Of a stretch of 52,708 bases of DNA, positions 42,446-52,242 are shown piece after piece (position 1 is the stretch's first letter; each line of letters begins with the position of its first letter). Position numbers and translations under genes: made by a program. The notes under the pieces were generated by a model. It searched no databases and had not been told where the DNA came from. It was given only the letters and a program-made list of their open reading frames with translations. Source of the DNA: Alphaproteobacteria bacterium (GTDB lineage Bacteria; Pseudomonadota; Alphaproteobacteria; Micavibrionales; UBA2020); contig JAPPOU010000038.1 in assembly GCA_028817795.1 (NCBI GenBank), forward strand, positions 1 through 52,708, given 5' to 3'.

Positions 42446-43156
42446 ATGGCCCGCATTATCCTGTCTTTTATCCTGTGCCTTTTTCTGGCTGCACCCGCGC
42501 TGGCGCAAATGCCGTCGCAAGAGTCCCTAAAAGCCGCGTGGGAACACAGAATCCGCACAGACGAGAACACCGTCCGGCTAAAAGAAACAGAAACAGAGGG
42601 CGTATACGATTTCAAAACCCTTTATTTCCCCTATGAAGGAAGCTTGCGTGTTTTGAACCACCTCGTCACGAAAGACAGTTACATGCAAACCCCTGACGGG
42701 CGGCAGCTCTACAGCGGTATTGTTGAAATTGAACTGACCAACGCGCCAAAAGACTTTTTTGCCAAATATGCTTATAGCTACGCGGCTTTCCAGCGCGGGA
42801 ATCAATTCTATTATGACCCTGCCACGCAAAGCTGGTTTGCGCAGGACGCATGGACAGAACATTTCAGCAATGCTGCGGCAGGGCAACAGAGCAATTACCG
42901 CTGCCCCCTGCCGTCAACGAATACGCTTATCAACATCGTCTTGATATTGGCGGCGCTCACTTTGCTGTTTTTGGTGCTTGCCGTTGCCAAACGCGGCAAA
43001 AAAGCCATGACAGATCAAGACACCATGATGGCACGGCAAAAACGCGGGCTTGAAATCGCCGAGGAAAACACGGCCCTCATTCGCGCGCAAATCCGTATTT
43101 TGGAAGACATCCGCGCCGCACTGGACGGGCAGGAGAAAAATGACGACAATGCATGA
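42446..43156 (+). CDS. Hypothetical exported/bitopic protein (236 aa)
   Basis: Signal peptide MARIILSFILCLFLAAPALAQ, a C-proximal TM segment (LINIVLILAALTLLFLVLAV), then a charged helical tail. Confidence 0.55.
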   Translation: MARIILSFILCLFLAAPALAQMPSQESLKAAWEHRIRTDENTVRLKETETEGVYDFKTLYFPYEGSLRVLNHLVTKDSYMQTPDGRQLYSGIVEIELTNAPKDFFAKYAYSYAAFQRGNQFYYDPATQSWFAQDAWTEHFSNAAAGQQSNYRCPLPSTNTLINIVLILAALTLLFLVLAVAKRGKKAMTDQDTMMARQKRGLEIAEENTALIRAQIRILEDIRAALDGQEKNDDNA

Positions 43157-44294
43157 TGTTATTGTGATCGGCGGCGGGAGCATGGGTGCCGCCGCCGCTT
43201 GGCAGCTCGCCCAAAAGGGCAAGAACGTTCTGGCTTTGGAACAATTCGATATCCCGCACACCAAAGGCTCCTACCACGGCGAATCGCGGCTGATCCGCTT
43301 TGCGTATAAGCAAGGAGACCACTATGTGCCTCTGCTGCTGCGCGCACGCGATCTGTGGCGGGAGATAGAACAACACACCGGCGAAAAGCTCTTTTTCGAT
43401 GTCGGCGGCCTTTCCATCGCCGCGCCGGAAACGGAAGCATATCTGGAGGGCGTGTACCGCTCCGTCAAAAAATACGATATTCCGCACAAGGTCATGACAG
43501 GGGCAGAGGTCAATAAACAATACCCTGCCTTTAACCTGCCGCATGATTTTATCGCCGTGCACGATTCATGGGCCGGGTATCTTTTATCGGAAAAAGCCGT
43601 GCCCGCTTTTGCGCGTCTTGCACAGGCAGCAGGCGCAAACATCATGACGAATACAAAAGTTTTGTCATGGGGTTCAGATGGAAGCACTGTCACCGTCACA
43701 ACAGATAAAGGCGCGCACAAAGCAGAAAAACTGGTGATTGCGCCGGGCGCGTGGTTTTCCACGCTGGTGCCGGAATTCAATACGGTCCTGAAAACAATCC
43801 GTGTCGCAATTTCATGGTACGCACCACAAAATAAAGCCGCGTTCACGCCAGACAAAATGCCCATTTTCATCATGCGTGACAGAACGGACCGCAACGGATG
43901 TTACGGCCTGCCCATATGCGATGCCGTGCCCGGCATGAAAATCGGCCAACATTTTCATCTGGGCGAAGAAGTCACCGGTGACAGCATCGACCGTGCGCCC
44001 ACGCCCGCCGATGAACATGTCACGCGTTACTGGACAGATACGTTTTTTGATCTGAAAGACGCGCCCTGCCTCAACACCGCTATTTGCATGTACACAAAAA
44101 CACCGGATGAAGCCTTTATCCTTGGCCTCCATCCACGGCATGAGAACGTCATCCTCGGCCATGCCTGTTCCGGTCATGGGTTTAAATTCGCGCCCGTGAT
44201 CGGCGAAATCCTTTCTGATCTTGCAACGGACGGCACAACACGGCACGATATAGCCGCGCATATGCCGCAAAGGTTTCAGCAAGAGGTGTCATAA
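43140..44294 (+). CDS. FAD-dependent monomeric sarcosine oxidase / N-methyltryptophan oxidase (SolA-like)
   Basis: Dinucleotide fold DVIVIGGGSMGAAAAWQLA, GSYHGESRLIRFAY, and the covalent-flavin Cys context HACSGHGFKFAPVIGE. ATG 43140 has AGGAG upstream. Confidence 0.8.
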   Translation: MTTMHDVIVIGGGSMGAAAAWQLAQKGKNVLALEQFDIPHTKGSYHGESRLIRFAYKQGDHYVPLLLRARDLWREIEQHTGEKLFFDVGGLSIAAPETEAYLEGVYRSVKKYDIPHKVMTGAEVNKQYPAFNLPHDFIAVHDSWAGYLLSEKAVPAFARLAQAAGANIMTNTKVLSWGSDGSTVTVTTDKGAHKAEKLVIAPGAWFSTLVPEFNTVLKTIRVAISWYAPQNKAAFTPDKMPIFIMRDRTDRNGCYGLPICDAVPGMKIGQHFHLGEEVTGDSIDRAPTPADEHVTRYWTDTFFDLKDAPCLNTAICMYTKTPDEAFILGLHPRHENVILGHACSGHGFKFAPVIGEILSDLATDGTTRHDIAAHMPQRFQQEVS

Positions 44295-45706
44295 TGATTC
44301 CAGTTTCCGTTTTGTACTTCATCATCTTCCTTGAGGGGTACATTGTTCTGTCAACAGAGCTTTTGGCGATCCGCCTGCTCATTCCCTTTACGGGGAGCGG
44401 CACGGATACGGTCTCCATCATTATCGCCGCTGTTTTGCTGCCCTTGTCTTTTGGGTACTTCGCGGGCGGGCGCTTTAAAAAGCGCTGCGCCAAGGGCAAA
44501 GCCCGTACCGTGCGCGGCAAGCTTATTTTCAACCTTGTTCTGTCCGCTGTCATCCTCACCTTTGGCCTGTCCTATGTATTCCTTGATGGCGCTTTTGACA
44601 TCACGCGAAAAACACTGGGCACCAGCAACCGTCTGGTTCTCACAACGCTCTACGCATTCCTGTTTGTCGTGATCCCGGTCTATCTTTTGGGGCAGACCGT
44701 GCCGCTTATCAGTAACTATTTCTCCCGCGACAGGTTGTCTGCGATTGCAGGGCGCATTTTGTTTTTCTCGACGCTCGGCTCTTTTGCCGGCGCGATTTTC
44801 AGCACGCTGATTTTCATGACGCTTTTGGGCGTTCACCATACCGCCAGCATCACCATTGGTTGCATGGCGCTTTTGGTTTTCGTGCTGGCCCGCAAAAAAA
44901 CCAGTGGTTCCGTTCTTGCCTCTCTTGCCTGCCTTGCTATTACATTGTTCTTGAACAGCAACGCCGCCATGGAGCACCTGAACATCGTCAGCAACAACCG
45001 CTATAGCGTTGTGCAGGTTGAAAGCGATGGTTATGGTGTGCGCAAGATGATCTTGAACCGTACTTCAGCCTCCACTATATACGAAGGCACGCCGGAGCCT
45101 TATATGGCCTATAACCTGTTTATTGAAGACAACTTTCTTGCATCGTTGGAAGGGGAGGGTGAAAAGAAATCCATCCTTGTCCTTGGGGCCGGGGGCTTCA
45201 CGCTGGGACGGCGCGATGAAAAAAATGACTACGTCTATGTTGATATAGACCCTACACTCAAAGCCATCACCGAAGAAAAGTTATTGCAAGAAAAACTGCC
45301 GCCGAACAATAAATATGTCGCCATGGATGCCCGCGCCTATCTGTTGCAAACAGATGAAACCTACGATGTGATCGTGCTCGACCTGTTTCGCGACCCGGTC
45401 AGCGTGCACGAAAACCTGAACACGCAGGAATTTTTTACATCGGTACGCAACCACCTGAAAAAAGGCGGGGTCATGGTTGCGAATTACTGGGCATCTCCCA
45501 CCTTTTCCGATACCTATTCCCGCAATCTTGATTTCACGCTCCGCAGCGTCTTTCCGCTGTTGAACCGGCAGGTGATTGATATTTTTGACGTCTGGAAGCG
45601 CGAGAAAGATTGGCACAACATCATTTACAGCTATGTTCACCATACAGAGCCGCTGCATGCCTATACGGACATGAAAAACACGATAATTTATGACAAGCCG
45701 CTATAG
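44294..45706 (+). CDS. Membrane-fused spermidine-synthase-like (class I methyltransferase fold) protein
   Basis: About 7 N-terminal TM segments, then ILVLGAGGFTLG...VYVDIDP...DVIVLDLF, typical of fused MFS/spermidine synthase proteins. Confidence 0.7.
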   Translation: MIPVSVLYFIIFLEGYIVLSTELLAIRLLIPFTGSGTDTVSIIIAAVLLPLSFGYFAGGRFKKRCAKGKARTVRGKLIFNLVLSAVILTFGLSYVFLDGAFDITRKTLGTSNRLVLTTLYAFLFVVIPVYLLGQTVPLISNYFSRDRLSAIAGRILFFSTLGSFAGAIFSTLIFMTLLGVHHTASITIGCMALLVFVLARKKTSGSVLASLACLAITLFLNSNAAMEHLNIVSNNRYSVVQVESDGYGVRKMILNRTSASTIYEGTPEPYMAYNLFIEDNFLASLEGEGEKKSILVLGAGGFTLGRRDEKNDYVYVDIDPTLKAITEEKLLQEKLPPNNKYVAMDARAYLLQTDETYDVIVLDLFRDPVSVHENLNTQEFFTSVRNHLKKGGVMVANYWASPTFSDTYSRNLDFTLRSVFPLLNRQVIDIFDVWKREKDWHNIIYSYVHHTEPLHAYTDMKNTIIYDKPL

Positions 45707-45772
45707 GCCGTATATTGCCTGCCACAGGCGATTACGTCTATATTGCCGCCAATGACCATGAACAAAAGGTGA

Positions 45773-46414
45773 ATGCTGATGGGTCTTTTGCTGTCACAAA
45801 GCGGTCTGGACTGGGCCATGATTCTTGTCGCGTTTTTCGGGGCCTATCTATCCGGTTCCGTGCCTTTTGGCCTTCTTATCACGCGTATCGCGGGGATGGA
45901 CGATATCCGCAAATCCGGCTCTGGCAATATCGGCGCGACAAACGTTTTACGGCTGGGCGGCAAAAAACTGGGCGCGATCACACTGGTGCTGGATGCGTTA
46001 AAGGGCACCATACCCGTACTTGTGGCGCGGCAGTTTCATATGGATTACGCCCTGCTGGCCGCGCTGGGCGCAGTGCTGGGGCACATCTTTCCTATCTGGC
46101 TGCGCTTTAAGGGTGGCAAAGGTGTGGCAACGTCTTTGGGTGTTCTTATCGCGCTTAACTTTATTTTGGGCCTTGGCCTTGTCGGCATCTGGATCATGAC
46201 GGCGGCCTTATCGCGCATGTCATCGCTTGCCGCGCTAACAGCCTTTGGGTTTTCGCCCGTGCTGTCTTTCCTGCTGACCAAAAGCCCGCAAGTCGCGGCG
46301 GTCGCGCTCATTATTGCCGTTATTGTTTTTATCCGCCATCACGAAAACATCCGCCGCCTTATCAACGACACGGAAAGTAAAATAAACTTCGGGAGCACGA
46401 CAAAGGATGGCTGA
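45773..46414 (+). CDS. plsY: Glycerol-3-phosphate acyltransferase PlsY
   Basis: YLSGSVPFGLL, GSGNIGATNVLR, FKGGKGVATSLG. Confidence 0.9.
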   Translation: MLMGLLLSQSGLDWAMILVAFFGAYLSGSVPFGLLITRIAGMDDIRKSGSGNIGATNVLRLGGKKLGAITLVLDALKGTIPVLVARQFHMDYALLAALGAVLGHIFPIWLRFKGGKGVATSLGVLIALNFILGLGLVGIWIMTAALSRMSSLAALTAFGFSPVLSFLLTKSPQVAAVALIIAVIVFIRHHENIRRLINDTESKINFGSTTKDG

Positions 46415-47519
46415 CGATAAAAAGCGCCTGAACACCCTGCGCCTGATCCGCACTGAAAACATCGGCCCCGTCACGTTCCACCGCCTGCTCAGCCGCTATG
46501 GCACGGCAGAACGTGCGCTGGAGGCACTGCCCACGCTATCAAAACGCGGTGGGCGGACAAAACCGCTTGTTGCTTTTCCCGCCGATGAAGCTGAACGCGA
46601 ACTGGAACGCATCGAAAAGTATGGTGCACACCTGATTGCTTTTGACGACCCGCTCTACCCCGCATTACTGCGGCAGTGCGATGACGCGCCACCGCTTATC
46701 ACTGTATTGGGAGACCCTCAAATACTCTCGCGCCCGGCACTTGGCGTTGTCGGCGCCAGGAACGCATCACTTGCCGGGCGAAAAATGGCGGAAAGCCTTT
46801 CGCAAAAAACGGGCGCGGGCGGCTATACCATTGTCTCCGGCCTTGCACGCGGCATTGACAGCGCCGCGCACCAGGCCGCGCTGGATACAGGCACCATCGC
46901 CGTTGTCGCAGGCGGGATTGATGTCATCTACCCGCCGGAAAATGAAAAATTATATCGCGCCATTGCCGAAAAAGGCGCAATCGTCGCCGAAAGCCCCTTT
47001 GGCACGGAACCGATTGCCCGGCATTTTCCCAAACGAAACCGTATTATATCGGGCCTGTCCCAAGGCGTGTTGATTGTGGAGGCCGCGCTAAAATCAGGAT
47101 CACTCATTACCGCCCGCATGGCGCTGGAACAAAACCGCGAGGTTTTTGCCGTGCCGGGATCGCCCATGGACCCACGATCAGGCGGCGCGAATGCAATGCT
47201 GAAAGACGGCGCCCATATCGTCACAACGGCAGACGATATTTTACACGTATTGCGCGCCCTGAAGCTGCGACCCCTTGCAGACAACAAAGCCGCGCCATGG
47301 CAGCCCCCCCTTCCAACAGACACGCCGGACAATACGCCGGAGCCTGATACCGCCCTGCGTCACCGCGTGATGGAATCGCTCAGTACCGCACCCGTGCTTG
47401 TGGATGACCTGATCCGCAGCCTTGATGTGCCTGCAGCCTTCGTTCTGTCTGTTTTACTTGAATTAGAGCTTGCAGGCCGCGTGGAAAGGCAGACCGGCAA
47501 CAAAGTAAACCTTATTTAG
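46407..47519 (+). CDS. dprA: DNA-processing protein DprA (Smf)
   Basis: LGVVGARNASLAGRKMA, SGLARGIDSAAHQAAL, FPKRNRIISGLSQGVLIVEAALKSGSLITAR, REVFAVPGSP. Confidence 0.9.
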   Translation: MADDKKRLNTLRLIRTENIGPVTFHRLLSRYGTAERALEALPTLSKRGGRTKPLVAFPADEAERELERIEKYGAHLIAFDDPLYPALLRQCDDAPPLITVLGDPQILSRPALGVVGARNASLAGRKMAESLSQKTGAGGYTIVSGLARGIDSAAHQAALDTGTIAVVAGGIDVIYPPENEKLYRAIAEKGAIVAESPFGTEPIARHFPKRNRIISGLSQGVLIVEAALKSGSLITARMALEQNREVFAVPGSPMDPRSGGANAMLKDGAHIVTTADDILHVLRALKLRPLADNKAAPWQPPLPTDTPDNTPEPDTALRHRVMESLSTAPVLVDDLIRSLDVPAAFVLSVLLELELAGRVERQTGNKVNLI

Positions 47520-50500
47520 TTTTTTGCAGCGCTTCCATACGTTCAACCTCTGCACGCAAAGCATCTATTTCGCGCTGGCGGCTCTCGATCATATGCTGGC
47601 GCTCTTGCACTGCCTTAACCAGCGGCGCAATCATGTCATCAGACCGGATGTGATAGGTTTTCGCATCATCATTATCTTGCGTGACCATATTTGTCACACG
47701 GCCTTCAAGCGCTTTTTCCACCTCTTGCGCGATAAAGCCATACTGCAAAAGACGATCATCACTCTTCAAGCGATAAGACACAGGCCGCAAGTGGCGCACA
47801 AAATCAAGGCCCAGATCACTGTCACAGATATCTGTCTTTAAACGGCGGTCAGACGGCGGCGACCAAGCCACCTGCCCTGCGATAACCGTGATATTGCCGT
47901 CGCCCAATTGAACGGTATTGCTGCTGGATACGGACGCATTATACCCAATGGCTGTCGTATTCGACAGCGCTGCACTGGCAACATTCGCAAGATTTCCAAT
48001 AGCCGTATTCTGGCTACCCGTGCCATTCGCGGACAAAGCGCCGTTCCCCACCCCTGTATTGTCGCCACCTGTCGTATTAGATGCTAAGGCATCATGCCCC
48101 ACCGCTGTATTGTTATCGCCGGATGTCGTCGCGCCCAGGGCATCAAAGCCTATGGCCGTGTTATTGTCCCCAACCGTGCTGCTGCTGCCCGTTGCATCCA
48201 GCGTGCCTGTGCCGATGGCCACGTTATTACCACCTGTTGTGTTAGCGTACAACGCCTGATACCCCGCCGCCGTGTTATTGGCACCGCTGGTATTTGCTTG
48301 CAATGCCTGATACCCCACCGCTGTATTGTTATCTCCCGTTGCCGATGTTAATGCCCAGTAACCAAACGCCGTATTGCGCTGGCCAGACACATTCGACAAC
48401 AAAGCCTGAAACCCAAACCCCAAACTGCCCGATCCGGATTGATCTGCCGCCATGGCCTGAAATCCAAATGCCGTGCCCTGCCCGGCGCTGCTGGACCGCG
48501 ATGCCAGCGCCGCATACCCAAATGCCGTATTTTCCGCCGATGTCGTAATAGATGTTCCGGCCAGCGAACCAATGGCCGTCGTATAATGCGCCGTTGCCAA
48601 CACGGCAGCAGATGCACCCACTGCTGTGCTGTTGGTATGGGTTTGGTTTGATGCCAAGACATCCCACCCAACTGCCACATTCCCTGTGCCGCTGGTATTA
48701 GATAACAGTGCCCCTGCGCCAAAAGCAACGCCGCCCCCTGCGCCATTGGCATTAAATGCGCCATAACCAACCGCCGTTACAGCGCTGTTCGTATTGGCCG
48801 CCAACGCTCCCGCGCCAATCGCCGTAATACCGCTCCCTGTGTTGCTAGATGCCGCGCCCGACCCAATCACCACATTTTCACCCGCCGTGGCATTGTAAGA
48901 CGCAAGCACGTTATAACCTATGCCGACACTCCCCACCGCCGCGAGGTTTGTTCCCGATAAAAAAGCATTTGAGCCAATACCAACAACATAGCTGGCTGTC
49001 GTTAAGGCTGCACCAGCATTATACCCAATAAGGCTATTCCCCGTACCGCTGGTCAACGCAGTCAGCGCCTGATACCCCACCGCCGTGTTGTTGCTTTGCC
49101 CTACTGACGCATCAAGGGCCTGTGCGCCAAATACCGTATTTCCTGATCCTGTTGTATTCTGCAGCAGTGCCCGAAACCCTGCCGCCGTGTTTCCATCTCC
49201 TGTTGTATTATCCTCTAGCGTCTCATACCCCAGCGCTGTATTGCCATCGCCCTGCCCCTGTGACCAATTGCCAAAAAGCGCACTCGAACCCACTGCTGTA
49301 TTATAATGTGGGGAATTACCACCACTTGAAAAAAGCCCTGCCGCCGCACGGAATCCAACGCCAACGTTACCATCTCCTGTATTCAAATTCCCCATTGAAG
49401 CCCATCCGATTGCCGTGGTACCCCCAACACCGGCAGCAGAGCCCAAAGCACCATGCCCCACCGCCGTATTATAATCATTCGAATGGGTATATCCGGCATA
49501 CCTGCCTATCGCGACATTCCCTGTGCGGCCAGCTAAATTTCGGGCCGCCTCAAAACCAATTGCAAGGTTATATCTACCCGTCCCATTACTTAAAAGAGCT
49601 CCTGAACCAACCGCCGTATTGTAATGTCCGTTTGTGGAGTTTTCCAAAGCCTGTTTCCCAACACCAACGTTACCAAGCTTGAATCCCGCAGATGACACAG
49701 CGCGATACCCTACGCCAACATTCCCTGTCCCGGTTGTATTATCCAACATGGCTTGATACCCCATGGCCGTATTCCCGGCACCGGTCGTATTATCTTCCAA
49801 AGCCTGCTCACCAACGGCAATATTGCCCGTGCCGGGGGCCAAACCCACAGGGAATGTCGCCATCACGGTTTCCATGTTATCGCCGCTGTGCGAATCGTGA
49901 TTCCACCAATGATCGAGATACCCCGGTGTCGTAATCACCCTGTATACGGCCGATGTCGCCAGCCCTGCCGAAGAATCCTGATCCAAAAGAAACGACGTCC
50001 ACCCCACTTCGGGTGAAAAATTGACGTTGGAATCATTGGAATCATCAAATATAAGCGCGACATACAAATAAGGTGCCAACCCCGGATCGGCCAAAGGCCC
50101 GGCATCCGAAGAAGCAGAACTGCCACTCCCAAACGTAGACCAGCCAATTTTCTCTACAGGCACCACTGGATCACCGCCTGACAACTCAAGCGCGGCCATG
50201 TTAATCATCGAATCTTGCGGCGGCGTCGCTGTAATCGTAAATGGGGTGCCTGTTGCAACATTCGTCGCCACAAATATTTGCCCACGCGGGCCACTAGTAT
50301 CGGCATTCGCATAAACGCCCTGCACAACAGTGGAATAAATATTTCCCTGGTTGTCCGTAACTGTCGCGTTGTCAAAGCTACCATTCGTTCCCTTACCCGC
50401 CAAAACGACAATAACCGTATTTCCTGCCGTCGGCGCGGAAGCAAAAGTCGTTGCCGCAGACGCTGCATTGGCCGTTTGCGTGACAGGTGTCGAAACCTGC

Positions 50501-52242
50501 TCTACAGCAAGTGTGGGCACAGTGCCCGCCGTCACTGCTGTCAACGCGTTTTGCCCAAGACCGATATTTTCATTCGTATCATCCGCAACGGCATCTGATA
50601 AACTATCAATACCGCTGCCCCCACCGCTACCGATATCTGTCCAATTGCCGCTCACGCCATCGCAGAAGTCGATTCCTGCCGTTCCGGCGGCGGTGCTGGC
50701 GGCGTTAAAGGTTGCGATCGCTGCCATTTTATTCGCCGTTGCCGCAACGTCCTGTGCATCATGCACCCAATTATGCGTGGCCGTCACGCCCGCGACAGGC
50801 ATCACTTTGTAAACTGTTGACATTCCCATGGAGGCTGACGCGTTCTGGTTTGTAAACACGCCTGTCCACCCATACTGTGGCACGTAATTGACATTGATGT
50901 CATCATTGCCAACACCTTCGTACCCATGCACGGCCACAGCCAGCGTATTGGCCTGGCCCGTGCCCGCGCCCGCTGCCGCGCCGGATGATGTTGCCGTTGC
51001 CGTTGTGTTGTTACCCGTGCCTGTTTGGTCGACAACCGAAGCCGTCACAAGCCCTGTCACCGCCATGGCACCCCAGCTCAGCTTACGCGACGTGCCGCCG
51101 CCATAGTTCACCGTTACGGTAAACGGCGATCCTGTCGTCACATTGCTGGCCTCATATATATAAACCGTGCCATTCGCGCCCGCATTGGCCGTTGCGACCT
51201 GATTATAAGTGTTGCTCTGGTTATCGGTAACAGAGCTGACGGAAAACGCGCCGCCCGTTCCTTCGCCCGCAATCGTTACAATCACCGTACCGTTCGCCGT
51301 CGGCAACGCAGATGCAGGAAAAGACGCGTTCGAAGACGTTGTTGTGCCGTCTGTTTCTGTCGTCAAAGGCGTTGCCGATTCAACGTTGATCGGCGTTGTG
51401 CCGCCAACGCCTGTGTTATAGCGCAACAAACCGTCATTACCCGCCGCAATACCGCAAGACAAAACCTTGTTCTGGTCTGCAAGCTGCAAGCCGCCCGTTG
51501 CCGTGATCGCGCCGCCTGCCGCCGTTGTCAGCGCCAGCGCAGAAATTGCGGCAGCGGGTACTTCCAAATCTTTTATAATTTCCGCCGTATCCGGCGCACC
51601 CGCCTGCAAGCGCCACAGGTCGCCCGCCATAATAGAGGCTTCCGTATAGGTATAACGCATCACCACATCATCACCACCCGGCACAATGAGGTCTGCAGTC
51701 GGCGCGCCGCCGTTATACGCATTGCAATTGGTTGTAAAATCCCTGTCCGGTCCTGCGGATATAATAGCAAAGGCCGTTTGCGACACCGCCACACCCGAAA
51801 GCGGTGTGGGCGACCCCGCAAGACGGCGGGCATTGGCAGGGCAGGTACCCGTTGCCGTTGATGGCGTATTTTCCGTGCCGACATCCCACACGCAATAACC
51901 GTAGTCCGTGCCCCACGGGTCCGTTACCTTTGCCGCCATGGATGTGGGAAGCCACCCCGCATTGCCCGGCGCATCACCGGTTGCAACGCGCCATTCCGTG
52001 GGTTCAATGGAACCATCGGCATCACAATCGCCACTGGCCGCCTGATTAACGGCAGCAACCACAACGCTTTTAGACAAGGCCAGCATTTCCGTTTGCGCGG
52101 CCGTGCTTTTTGTAATGCGCGACATGGAGGCAAGAGGGCCGGAAAGAACCTGATAAAACATATAGCTTAAAGTTCCCGTCAGCGCGACACCGCCCAGCAA
52201 GATCGCAACCACGTTTCCTTTCTGGTTTTTCCACCGCATCAT
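47512..52242 (-). CDS. Giant (1576-aa) fibre protein: pilin/pseudopilin-like N-terminal domain, two duplicated ~210-aa modules, long NTAxG repeat stalk, and a C-terminal S74-type intramolecular chaperone domain
   Basis: N-terminus MMRWKNQKG-NVVAILLGGVALTGTLSY plus the GspG-like TDPWGTDYGY...FAIISAGPDRD. About 650 aa of degenerate G.(N)NTA.G..AL..NT.G units. C-terminal SDRRLKTDI...LRPVSYRLK...YGFIAQEVEKAL... followed by a coiled coil. The ATG overlaps the upstream paralogue's stop. Confidence 0.85.
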   Translation of the reverse strand: MMRWKNQKGNVVAILLGGVALTGTLSYMFYQVLSGPLASMSRITKSTAAQTEMLALSKSVVVAAVNQAASGDCDADGSIEPTEWRVATGDAPGNAGWLPTSMAAKVTDPWGTDYGYCVWDVGTENTPSTATGTCPANARRLAGSPTPLSGVAVSQTAFAIISAGPDRDFTTNCNAYNGGAPTADLIVPGGDDVVMRYTYTEASIMAGDLWRLQAGAPDTAEIIKDLEVPAAAISALALTTAAGGAITATGGLQLADQNKVLSCGIAAGNDGLLRYNTGVGGTTPINVESATPLTTETDGTTTSSNASFPASALPTANGTVIVTIAGEGTGGAFSVSSVTDNQSNTYNQVATANAGANGTVYIYEASNVTTGSPFTVTVNYGGGTSRKLSWGAMAVTGLVTASVVDQTGTGNNTTATATSSGAAAGAGTGQANTLAVAVHGYEGVGNDDINVNYVPQYGWTGVFTNQNASASMGMSTVYKVMPVAGVTATHNWVHDAQDVAATANKMAAIATFNAASTAAGTAGIDFCDGVSGNWTDIGSGGGSGIDSLSDAVADDTNENIGLGQNALTAVTAGTVPTLAVEQVSTPVTQTANAASAATTFASAPTAGNTVIVVLAGKGTNGSFDNATVTDNQGNIYSTVVQGVYANADTSGPRGQIFVATNVATGTPFTITATPPQDSMINMAALELSGGDPVVPVEKIGWSTFGSGSSASSDAGPLADPGLAPYLYVALIFDDSNDSNVNFSPEVGWTSFLLDQDSSAGLATSAVYRVITTPGYLDHWWNHDSHSGDNMETVMATFPVGLAPGTGNIAVGEQALEDNTTGAGNTAMGYQAMLDNTTGTGNVGVGYRAVSSAGFKLGNVGVGKQALENSTNGHYNTAVGSGALLSNGTGRYNLAIGFEAARNLAGRTGNVAIGRYAGYTHSNDYNTAVGHGALGSAAGVGGTTAIGWASMGNLNTGDGNVGVGFRAAAGLFSSGGNSPHYNTAVGSSALFGNWSQGQGDGNTALGYETLEDNTTGDGNTAAGFRALLQNTTGSGNTVFGAQALDASVGQSNNTAVGYQALTALTSGTGNSLIGYNAGAALTTASYVVGIGSNAFLSGTNLAAVGSVGIGYNVLASYNATAGENVVIGSGAASSNTGSGITAIGAGALAANTNSAVTAVGYGAFNANGAGGGVAFGAGALLSNTSGTGNVAVGWDVLASNQTHTNSTAVGASAAVLATAHYTTAIGSLAGTSITTSAENTAFGYAALASRSSSAGQGTAFGFQAMAADQSGSGSLGFGFQALLSNVSGQRNTAFGYWALTSATGDNNTAVGYQALQANTSGANNTAAGYQALYANTTGGNNVAIGTGTLDATGSSSTVGDNNTAIGFDALGATTSGDNNTAVGHDALASNTTGGDNTGVGNGALSANGTGSQNTAIGNLANVASAALSNTTAIGYNASVSSSNTVQLGDGNITVIAGQVAWSPPSDRRLKTDICDSDLGLDFVRHLRPVSYRLKSDDRLLQYGFIAQEVEKALEGRVTNMVTQDNDDAKTYHIRSDDMIAPLVKAVQERQHMIESRQREIDALRAEVERMEALQKTK

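Noticed and set aside
45715-46110. 131-aa ORF upstream of and overlapping plsY.
   Set aside because: It is out of frame with the plsY coding sequence, which carries the diagnostic GSGNIGATNVLR motif. The translation is Arg/Gly-rich with no motif.
47895-49836. Highly repetitive DNA that might be a tandem repeat array or CRISPR-like structure.
   Set aside because: The periodicity is the in-frame, degenerate NTAxG...NTTG protein repeat of the fibre stalk. There are no identical direct repeats separated by unique spacers, no leader and no cas genes.
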